A DNA stretch of 24,000 nucleotides from Stellaceae bacterium (GTDB taxonomy: Bacteria; Pseudomonadota; Alphaproteobacteria; ATCC43930; CGMCC-115725): contig DATJLU010000089.1 in assembly GCA_035509275.1 (NCBI GenBank), positions 21,368 through 45,367 of the forward strand, given 5' to 3'. This document shows, in pieces, positions 7,089 to 14,345 of the stretch. The first letter of the stretch is position 1. Every line of letters begins with the position of its first letter. Below the pieces are notes generated by a model. It was not told where the DNA came from. It was given only the letters and a program-made list of their open reading frames with translations, and did not search any database. A program made the position numbers and the translations under genes.

Positions 7089-8402
7089 ATGGGTCTCGCC
7101 GGCAGGACGCGGTCACACCCGTCGCGGTACCTCCTGATCAGCGCGGCCATCATCGTGTTGACCGCGCTGGGGGTGGGTCTCGTTGCCTTCCTTCACCCGG
7201 CGGTGCCTCGCGTGATCGCGATGGCGACCGGTGCGGAAGGCGGCGCCTATGCGCAATTCGGCGCGGAATACCAGAAATTCTTTGCCCGGGAAGGCCTGCA
7301 TCTCACCGTGCTGCACACCGCGGGCTCGGTCGACAATGTTGCGATGCTGAGCGACCGCGATCATGGCGCCAATATCGGCTTCGTCCAAAGCGGCACCACG
7401 AACCCGCAACGATCTCCGGATCTCGTTTCATTGGGCACCGTCGCCATCGAGCCGCTCTGGATCTTCGGCCGCGCCACGCAAACACCGCGCGACGGACTGG
7501 CCGCGCTGCGCGGCATGCGCGTCGCGATCGGACCGCCAAAAAGCGGCATGCAACGCCTGGCGCGCGAGCTTCTGGCCCAGAATGGCATCAACGGCGGCAA
7601 TACGGAGCTGCTCCCCTTGAACGCGGCGAAAGCCTCGGCGCAGCTCTTCGCCGGCAACATCGACGCCGCCATGATCGTCGCCTCCGTCGATGCGCCGGCA
7701 GTGCAGCAGCTTCTCGGCTCGCCCGAGGTCGAGCTGGTATCGCTGAAGCGCGCCGATGCCTTTGTCGCGCGCTATCCCTACCTCTCGAAAGTCGTGTTAC
7801 CGCAAGGATTTTCGGACTTCGAGGATGACCGGCCGCGGACGGATGTGGAGATGGTTGCGGTCAAGACCAACCTCGTCGTCCGTCGCGACTTGCCATCCCC
7901 GGTTCAATACCTGTTGCTGGAAGCGGCCACCAAGATCCATTCGCATCCCGAAGTCTTTCAAAAAGCCGGGGAATTTCCGGCTGCGCAGACAACCGATCTG
8001 CCGCTGAGCGAGGACGCCGAGCAATTCTACCGGTCCGGTCCGCCTCTGCTGCAGCGCAATTTGCCGCTCTGGCTGGCCATCCTCGTCAAGCAGCTGGCGA
8101 TCACGCTTCTGCCGATCCTGGCCATCGCGTATCCGCTGCTGCGCATGTTGCCCGCAGCCTATGGCTGGCGCATGCGCCGCCGCATCTTCACGCTCTATGG
8201 CGAGCTCAAGCTGCTCGAGCTGGCGCTCGAAGAGCGCGGCCGAGAACGAGGCGCGGCCGAGTTGTCCGACCTGTCGCGGCTGGAATACCGTGCGGCGCAT
8301 CTTCGGGTGCCGACGTCCTACGCGCATCTGCTCTATACCTTGCAGCAGGACATCGATCACGTGCGCGCCAAGCTCGATCGCAGCACTCTCACGGAAAGCT
8401 AG
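7089..8402 (+). CDS. Membrane-anchored TAXI-family (TRAP-type) solute-binding-protein-like protein with a C-terminal TM segment and coiled-coil tail
   Basis: ATG 7089 gives an N-terminal anchor YLLISAAIIVLTALGVGLVAFL. The core is TAXI/NMT1-like (VIAMATGAEGGAYAQFGAEY..., LHTAGSVDNVAML, GFVQSG, RVAIGPPKSGMQRLARELL). C-terminal hydrophobic segment is LPLWLAILVKQLAITLLPILAIAYPLL, followed by LYGELKLLELALEERGRE. The family call is from memory of the motif pattern. Confidence 0.55.
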   Translation: MGLAGRTRSHPSRYLLISAAIIVLTALGVGLVAFLHPAVPRVIAMATGAEGGAYAQFGAEYQKFFAREGLHLTVLHTAGSVDNVAMLSDRDHGANIGFVQSGTTNPQRSPDLVSLGTVAIEPLWIFGRATQTPRDGLAALRGMRVAIGPPKSGMQRLARELLAQNGINGGNTELLPLNAAKASAQLFAGNIDAAMIVASVDAPAVQQLLGSPEVELVSLKRADAFVARYPYLSKVVLPQGFSDFEDDRPRTDVEMVAVKTNLVVRRDLPSPVQYLLLEAATKIHSHPEVFQKAGEFPAAQTTDLPLSEDAEQFYRSGPPLLQRNLPLWLAILVKQLAITLLPILAIAYPLLRMLPAAYGWRMRRRIFTLYGELKLLELALEERGRERGAAELSDLSRLEYRAAHLRVPTSYAHLLYTLQQDIDHVRAKLDRSTLTES

Positions 8403-8406
8403 CCCG

Positions 8407-8424
8407 AACGGCGAATTGCCGTTT
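8407..8424 (+). terminator. Weak stem-loop between convergent genes (AACGGC-GAATT-GCCGTT followed by TAT)
   Basis: A 6-bp inverted repeat sits immediately after the 8402 stop. The T-tract is short. Confidence 0.3.
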
Positions 8425-8435
8425 ATCGTGGCCGC

Positions 8436-10853
8436 TCATTTCTGTCCGGGGGCGGGGAGCTCCGTGAGAAGTCGGGCGATGGCAGGATTGCCCGGCGCCA
8501 GGCGTGCCAGCATCTCGGCATAGCGCCGCGCCGCCACGGTGTCGCCCGCCTCGCGATTGAGGCTCACCAATGCCGTGAGCGTCTCGCGGTCCGCTTGATG
8601 CCGTCGGTGGTTGTCCTCCAGGACGCGCAAGGCCTCCTCTCGCGCGCCCGTCGTGTTCAGGGCGATGGCGTAGACATAGGCATAGCGGGATTGTTGCGGG
8701 TCCAGCGCGGCCGCCTTCGCAAGCATGGCCAAGGCTTCGGGCATGCGGTGCTCGCGCGCCAGGGCAAGGCCGAGGGCATGGTGCGCGGCAGCATCATCGG
8801 GCGCGAGGGCCAGGGCCTGCCGCAGCACGGTTTCGGCCGCCTGATCACGCCCGAGCGCGCGATCGAGGTCAGCGAGGTCCACGTAAGCCTCGATGAAGCG
8901 CGGCGCGAGCTTGATCGCTGCCTGAAATTCGGCTTCGGCTTGCGCCGTTTCTCCGCGCTGCGCGAAGAACGCACCGAGGGTGACGCGCGCTTCCGGGCGG
9001 TCGGCATTGAAGCGTTGGACGTCGATGTACTCCTGCGTCGCGCGCTCGAAACGCTGACGATCTTCCGGTGACAGGCGATCCGTCGGTGTGCCGGCCAGAA
9101 ACGACGTGGCCTCGATCCGCACGGCGCGCACCGGATCGGACAGCAGCGCTGCGGCCAAGGTCCAACGCCGATCGGGGCTCACCCCTTCGAGCCCGCGCAA
9201 AGCGCCGAGGCGGATCAAGGGATCGGAGTCGGCAAGCCCGCGCCGCAATTCCGCGACCAGGTCCGGCGTCAGGTAGGGCGCCATGTCGCCATAGGCGGTG
9301 GCCCGCGCGATGCCCGGCGTAAGAGGATCGGCTACCACGCGCGCCAGCAGATCGCGCGCTTCCGGCAACTCCTGCCGCGCCGAATGGAAGGCGTCGCCGA
9401 AGGTTTGGAAACCCTCGCGCGCGGGACCGTACCAGCGCTCGACCGCCGTTGCCGCCCATTCCGGCGATTTGTCCTTGTGGCAGTCGTTGCAGGCGTTGGG
9501 CGTGCCGAGCGACGCCGAGAGATCGGGGCGCGGCACACGGAAGCTGTGGTCGTGCCTGACATGGACCTGCATATAGGTTTGCGTCGGCATATGACAGGAG
9601 GTGCAGAGGAGCGGCGGCGTTGCGGCTGGATGGAAGCTGTGTTTTGCCGTCGCATACCTTGCGGCCGCATGACATTGGAGACAGAGCCCGTCGCCCGATG
9701 CGCGCGGCTGCAGACTGTGCGGATCGTGACAATCGCTGCAGGTGACGCCCTTGGCGAACATCTTGCTTTGGCGGAACGAGCCATATTCGTAGACCTCGGC
9801 CTCGATCTGGCCGTCGGCGTGGTAAAGCCCGCGCTCCAGCAGCGAAACGAGATGCGTGTCGGACAAAGACCGGCCCGGCAGCCAATCCTCGGAGAGCTCC
9901 GCCCGCCGCGAATGGCACCGTCCGCACGTCTCCAGCTCCGGTCGAAGCGGTTGAAGCGAGCTGCGCCGTGCCGTTCCGAGCGCAACGTCGGGGATCCAGG
10001 TCACTCCCGTCCGCTCGTTGAAGGCAACGGCGAGCCCCTTGTTCGGCGGCGCGCTCTGCCATCGCCACCACGCGTTCCGATGCGCGGCCCAGTCGACATG
10101 CGCCGAGCCGGGGCCATGGCAGGCCTCACAGGAAACCGCGATATCGGACCATGTTGTCTGATACCGGTCCAGCGCGGCATCGTAGTTCTTGTGCAGATCG
10201 GTGGAGTGGCACTCGGCGCACATGAAGTTCCAATTCTGATTGAGTCCGGTCCAGTGCAGCACGTCGTCGGGCCGGATCGGCTCATCGGGATAGAGATGGA
10301 ACCAGCGTTGGCCGCCTTCGTCCTTGGGGCGCGCATCCCACGCGATCGGCAGTGCCTGAAGGCGCCCGTCCGGAAACGCCACGAGATATTGCTGCAGCGG
10401 AAATACGCCGAAGGTGTAACTGACCTCGAAATCGGCCATCCGACCGTCGCGCCCATCCGTGTTGACGAAGAACTTTCCGTCGCGCCGGAAGAAACGGGAC
10501 GTCACGCCATAGGCCGTGAAGGTCGTACGATTAAAGTCACCGAGCACGGTGGCGTCGCTGGCAGGCTGCATCGAGAGCGCGTGATGCGAGTTATGCCAGG
10601 CCACAGCCTCCTGCGTGTGGCAGCTCATGCAGACCGCGCCGCCGACATAGCTGAGGCGGCCGGTGGGCGCCCCCCGGCCCCCGCCGGCGTGCAGATACGC
10701 AGCAATTCCGGCGAGAGCGATCAATCCTGAGCCGAGGGAAAGCGTGGCCACGCGCCAACGCGAGCGCCGAGCCGACGTCCGGTCGTTCCCTGCTGCGTCG
10801 GCGCCGTCGCGCGAGTTCTTGCGGGAGGGAGGGTCCATTGGTCCCATCGGCAT
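8436..10853 (-). CDS. Membrane-anchored octaheme c-type cytochrome fused to HEAT-like and TPR repeats; start uncertain (track ORF begins at TTG 10970)
   Basis: Eight CxxCH motifs are present: CMSCH, CAECH, CEACH, CGRCH, CSDCH, CLQCH, CTSCH and CNDCH. An N-terminal TM anchor (VATLSLGSGLIALAGIAAYL) precedes the first heme site. HEAT-like repeats are DSDPLIRLGALRGL and LSDPVRAVRIEATSFL. C-terminal TPR repeats include AEFQAAIKLAPRFIEAYVDLADL, LRQALALAPDDAAAHHALGLAL and LAKAAALDPQQSRYAYVYAIAL. Confidence 0.85.
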   Translation of the reverse strand: MPMGPMDPPSRKNSRDGADAAGNDRTSARRSRWRVATLSLGSGLIALAGIAAYLHAGGGRGAPTGRLSYVGGAVCMSCHTQEAVAWHNSHHALSMQPASDATVLGDFNRTTFTAYGVTSRFFRRDGKFFVNTDGRDGRMADFEVSYTFGVFPLQQYLVAFPDGRLQALPIAWDARPKDEGGQRWFHLYPDEPIRPDDVLHWTGLNQNWNFMCAECHSTDLHKNYDAALDRYQTTWSDIAVSCEACHGPGSAHVDWAAHRNAWWRWQSAPPNKGLAVAFNERTGVTWIPDVALGTARRSSLQPLRPELETCGRCHSRRAELSEDWLPGRSLSDTHLVSLLERGLYHADGQIEAEVYEYGSFRQSKMFAKGVTCSDCHDPHSLQPRASGDGLCLQCHAAARYATAKHSFHPAATPPLLCTSCHMPTQTYMQVHVRHDHSFRVPRPDLSASLGTPNACNDCHKDKSPEWAATAVERWYGPAREGFQTFGDAFHSARQELPEARDLLARVVADPLTPGIARATAYGDMAPYLTPDLVAELRRGLADSDPLIRLGALRGLEGVSPDRRWTLAAALLSDPVRAVRIEATSFLAGTPTDRLSPEDRQRFERATQEYIDVQRFNADRPEARVTLGAFFAQRGETAQAEAEFQAAIKLAPRFIEAYVDLADLDRALGRDQAAETVLRQALALAPDDAAAHHALGLALAREHRMPEALAMLAKAAALDPQQSRYAYVYAIALNTTGAREEALRVLEDNHRRHQADRETLTALVSLNREAGDTVAARRYAEMLARLAPGNPAIARLLTELPAPGQK

Positions 10854-10933
10854 GTTCGCGGGCACGCGGCGCCCTGCCTCGGACCCGAAAGCACGGTAGT
10901 TCCAGGGCCGCAGCCTATCGGGAATAGGCCGAG

Positions 10934-10965
10934 GGGCGGGATCGGGTGATTGCCCGATCCCGCCC
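10934..10965 (-). promoter_or_regulatory. Perfect 13-bp GC-rich stem-loop (GGGCGGGATCGGG / TGATTG / CCCGATCCCGCCC) in the gap between the 402-aa gene and the cytochrome gene
   Basis: The inverted repeat was read directly. It lies inside the implausible N-terminal extension of the cytochrome ORF. No U-tract follows it on the minus strand. Confidence 0.5.
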
Positions 10966-11046
10966 AGCAAATGCTTGGAGGGAGCGGATTATAGGGCCCG
11001 CGGACCTAAGTGCTGGGAGCGGCAGCCTGCGGCCAGCGATGGCTCA

Positions 11047-12255
11047 CTATTGCGCGAAGGAGGGCACCTCGAACGGAACCTGATCGCAGAGCACCATGGC
11101 GATCAGCTGTGGCGTCGGCTCGCTTGAAATTGTCAGGTTGAATTGCTCGTTGACGCCGGATTGAGGGTTGGTCTTGAACAGCAGGAGCGATCGGTCCCTG
11201 GCAACGGGATAGAGGTATTTCGCTTGCGGGTATTTGTCCTGATCGAGGATGCCCATCTTGACGCGGGGGCAGGACTGGGCGAGCCGGGTCATCCTGGTCT
11301 CCGAGGCCTCGCACGGAAGCAGTCCTTCCCCGTGCTGGGCGCAGATGCTGACCATGACCCGGCCTTCGGCGACGAAGGTCCCCAGCGTCTCCGGTGTGAG
11401 CTCGGCCGCGTTACGCGGTGCGAAGGCTGCTTTGGTCTCGCTTTCGGCGACCGCTGCCGATTTCATCCCCGAAGCGGACGCGAGACGGCCGCGCGGCGGC
11501 GTTTGCGCGACCGGGCCGGCGGGTCCGGCGCCCACCTTGATGAACCGCCAGTCGTCGGGGGGCAGCGCCGCCGCAAAATTCTCGACCGTGAGGCCTTGGC
11601 AATGCTCGATGTCGCCATTTGGACACGTCTTGATGGCGAACTGAATGAAGTCGTCGAAATGCTTGGCGTTGAGATCGTTGAACACATGCTGGGCTGCGGC
11701 TTGCGCGCGCTCGAGGTCGCTTTTCGATGCCCCCGCTTTCAGCAATTCGCCGAAATGGCGACCTTGCTCGCGAATGGCGGTTTGCATCGGCTGGCTGAAG
11801 CCATAGCGGATGACCTCTCCTCGAGGCGTCACCAGCCCATGGACGAGAGAGGGCGGCGCGTGATGGTTCAGCACCGCCGCCTTCGCGCAGGCAAACTCCA
11901 TTTCAGCGGCATTGCCGAAGTCGCCGGGAACCGAACCCGTGCTCCCCGAGGGGAAGCGGGTCAGCACATCCTGCGTCGTGTGGCAGTGATAGACGTAGAG
12001 CACCGGATGAGCACAGAGCTCCTCGAACTTGAAGCGGTCCCACGAGACGCTGTGGCTGGTTGCGCCGGTGGTGATGTCGCGGAGCGAATCGATATCCGGG
12101 GCATAGACGGCGATCCGCTCGACCTGGTCGACGCAGGCATGCGCGAAATAGTCCCGGGCGACCGCGTCGGCGTCCCTCTCTTGGGCGCTTGCCATCAGCG
12201 GTTGCATCAGAAGCGCGGCGGCGAAAGCGCCGATGCCGAGAAGGTACATATTCAA
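11047..12255 (-). CDS. Secreted protein of unknown function (402 aa; TTG 12255 or ATG 12249 start)
   Basis: Signal peptide is MYLLGIGAFAAALLMQPLMASA followed by QE. The protein has 11 Cys residues. It has an N-terminal domain, a Pro/Ala/Gly linker (VGAGPAGPVAQTPPRG), and a C-terminal region resembling a thioredoxin fold. Codon usage is GC3-rich in this frame. Confidence 0.65.
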   Translation of the reverse strand: MNMYLLGIGAFAAALLMQPLMASAQERDADAVARDYFAHACVDQVERIAVYAPDIDSLRDITTGATSHSVSWDRFKFEELCAHPVLYVYHCHTTQDVLTRFPSGSTGSVPGDFGNAAEMEFACAKAAVLNHHAPPSLVHGLVTPRGEVIRYGFSQPMQTAIREQGRHFGELLKAGASKSDLERAQAAAQHVFNDLNAKHFDDFIQFAIKTCPNGDIEHCQGLTVENFAAALPPDDWRFIKVGAGPAGPVAQTPPRGRLASASGMKSAAVAESETKAAFAPRNAAELTPETLGTFVAEGRVMVSICAQHGEGLLPCEASETRMTRLAQSCPRVKMGILDQDKYPQAKYLYPVARDRSLLLFKTNPQSGVNEQFNLTISSEPTPQLIAMVLCDQVPFEVPSFAQ

Positions 12256-12282
12256 GGTGCTGCTGCTGCCTGTTTCTACTAC

Positions 12283-12299
12283 CCAAGCATGCTATGCTT
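12283..12299. promoter_or_regulatory. 17-bp palindrome CAAGCAT-GCT-ATGCTTG about 30-45 nt upstream of the 402-aa gene start
   Basis: A perfect 7-bp inverted repeat with a 3-nt spacer was read directly. It is AT-richer than its surroundings. It could be an operator or a 5' UTR hairpin. Confidence 0.3.
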
Positions 12300-12396
12300 G
12301 CTCTCGGCGTTGCGTCGAGGGGTTGATCGGCCGGACGCCCGTCCGCGTCACAATATCGCAACCGGTCACTTGCGGACCTGTTCCGGCGAAAGAATG

Positions 12397-12417
12397 AGCG
12401 GCCCCTGATCGGGGCCG
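12397..12417 (-). terminator. Rho-independent terminator candidate downstream of the sulfatase gene 12460..14049
   Basis: An 8-bp GC stem, GCGGCCCC-TGATC-GGGGCCGC. On the minus strand it is followed by TCATTCTTTCG. It lies 43 nt after the sulfatase stop. Confidence 0.6.
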
Positions 12418-12459
12418 CACCAAGCCAATTCGGCAGGAAGAAGCTTGGAGGCAACCGGC

Positions 12460-14049
12460 CTACTGGCCGCTCCGTGCCGCCATCGTTTTCTGGATTTCCG
12501 CCTTGATGGCTTCGAGGTTGAAGCTCGCGCCTTTTTGCATCGGCGGGAACTCGATTGCCGTCTGTGCCAGGTCGGTCACCTTCCGCTGCACGAACACACC
12601 GCGCCAGAACTCATACATGTACCAGTTGACGTAGGAGATCGACTGTCCCAGCCCGGTGCGTTCGTAAGGATCGAGCCTGAGGTTGGTCACGATGGGCCAG
12701 TCGACTTTTTCCGTCGGACCAAACCAGCCATTGGGCTGGTCCGTGAAACGGTACTTGAAATCATCGACCCGCACCGCCGCGAGCGTGCCTTCCGTGAAGT
12801 AAAAGATCTCGTGACGCTTTGACGGCCCCTTGGCGGTGATCACGTCCGTTTGGTCATAGCCGTCGAGATGCACCTTGTACGTACGGTCGCCGAGCTGCTT
12901 GCCCTGCTTGAGCTCGTCGATAATGTTCGGATCGCCGGCGGCTGCGATGAAGGTCGGGAACCAGTCGAGCCCGGAGATGATTTCGTTGTTGACCTTGCCT
13001 GCCGGCACATGACCCGGCCAGCGGATGATCATCGGGACGCGGAACCCACCCTCGAGCGCGGTGCCTTTGGCGCCCGCAAAGGGCGTTTGGCCGCCATCCG
13101 GCCAGGTAAAGTTTTCCGCGCCGTTATCGGTAGAGAAGGCGAGAATGGTATCGTTTTCGATCCCCATATCGCGCACCTTCTGCATGACGGTACCGACGAT
13201 ATCATCGAGCTGCGACATACCGGCTTCTTCGACGGTCCAGCCGTTCTCCGCATTGCGCCGGGCCTCGTATTTGGGCGAGAGGTGCGTGACGACGTGCATG
13301 CGCGTCGGATTAAGCCAGAGGAAGAACGGCTTGCCGTCGTTTTTCGCTTTCTCGACGAACTTCATCGCGTGATCGAGGATCTCGTCGTCCACGGTTTCCA
13401 TGCGCTTGGGACAGAGCTCGCCCGCATCCTCGATCTTCTGCTTCCCGACCTTGCCCCAGCGTGGCTGAACCGTCGGGTCGTCGACATCCGTTGCCCAGCT
13501 ATGGATCATGTTCCGCGGCCCAACCGTGTCCTTGAGCGCCTCGGGATAGTTGGCATGGCAGGGGTCTTCCATCGCATCCAGGTGATAGAGATACCCGTAG
13601 AATTCATCGAACCCGTGCACCGTGGGCAGGAACTGGTTGCGGTCCCCCAGATGGTTCTTGCCGAACTGGCCGGTCTCGTAGCCCATCGATTTGAGCACCG
13701 TCGCGATCGTCACCGCCTCGTCCGGGATTCCCAGTGGCGAGCCCGCTTGGCCGACGGTGGTCAATCCGGTGCGGATCGGCAGTTCGCCGGTGATGAAGTT
13801 CGCGCGGCCCGCCGTGCAGCTCGCTTCGGCGTAGTAGTCGGTGAAGCGCATGCCTTCCGAGGCCAGTTGGTCGAGATTCGGAGTCCGACCGGCCATGATG
13901 CCTTGGTTGTAGACGCCGATATTGGACCAGCCGATGTCGTCACCCATGATGAAGATGATGTTGGGTTTGTCTGCAGCGGAGGCCGGCTGCGCCGCGAGCG
14001 ACACCGCCGCAAGCAGCACGCCGAGCAGGATCGCTCCTATACATCTCAT
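12460..14049 (-). CDS. Arylsulfatase-family (Cys/formylglycine-type) sulfatase with a Sec-type signal peptide (529 aa)
   Basis: AAGGAGGA RBS. Signal peptide is MRCIGAILLGVLLAAVSLAAQPASA. Motifs are IMGDDIGW, S-C-T-A-G-R (Cys78), GKNHLGD and STDNGAE. The C-terminus carries NLRLDPYER and FNLEAIK. Confidence 0.9.
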   Translation of the reverse strand: MRCIGAILLGVLLAAVSLAAQPASAADKPNIIFIMGDDIGWSNIGVYNQGIMAGRTPNLDQLASEGMRFTDYYAEASCTAGRANFITGELPIRTGLTTVGQAGSPLGIPDEAVTIATVLKSMGYETGQFGKNHLGDRNQFLPTVHGFDEFYGYLYHLDAMEDPCHANYPEALKDTVGPRNMIHSWATDVDDPTVQPRWGKVGKQKIEDAGELCPKRMETVDDEILDHAMKFVEKAKNDGKPFFLWLNPTRMHVVTHLSPKYEARRNAENGWTVEEAGMSQLDDIVGTVMQKVRDMGIENDTILAFSTDNGAENFTWPDGGQTPFAGAKGTALEGGFRVPMIIRWPGHVPAGKVNNEIISGLDWFPTFIAAAGDPNIIDELKQGKQLGDRTYKVHLDGYDQTDVITAKGPSKRHEIFYFTEGTLAAVRVDDFKYRFTDQPNGWFGPTEKVDWPIVTNLRLDPYERTGLGQSISYVNWYMYEFWRGVFVQRKVTDLAQTAIEFPPMQKGASFNLEAIKAEIQKTMAARSGQ

Positions 14050-14345
14050 GACGTGATTCCTCCTTCGGCAAAGGCAGTCGAGGGGCAGGTGCTTTATTTG
14101 GCGCCGCGCGCAACCAAGACGGTCTGCTGCCCGCGGCAGCCTTGCAATCGGGTTAATCCCCGAGAGGACTGATCACTTTTCTACGCGATTGGGCCGCTTC
14201 TGCGCCTGGCCTTGTACCCACACGACAGCTTGGCAACTTCCAGCGACCGGCGCATGCTCGCCGCGACACCTTCAAGAGACACCAATGCCGCGCCATGACT
14301 CCACACGGATTCATGGTCGTTGATCGCACTGAGAAGGAGAGGGAC

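Noticed and set aside
8869-10730. 400-aa (minus, other frame), 448-aa (plus) and several smaller ORFs inside the cytochrome gene
   Set aside because: Only the 8436..10853 frame contains the eight CxxCH sites and the TPR repeats. The others are shadow frames.
11143-12408. 421-aa plus-strand ORF
   Set aside because: It is antisense to the 402-aa secreted-protein gene. It has no signal, motif or RBS, and its composition is Arg/Gly/Leu-rich, typical of shadow frames.
14130-14245. Sigma-54-like (TGGCA ... TTGC) strings in the divergent region between the sulfatase and lipoprotein genes
   Set aside because: The GG to GC spacing does not match the -24/-12 consensus at either candidate (GGCAGCCTTGCA or TTGGCAACTTCCAGCG).
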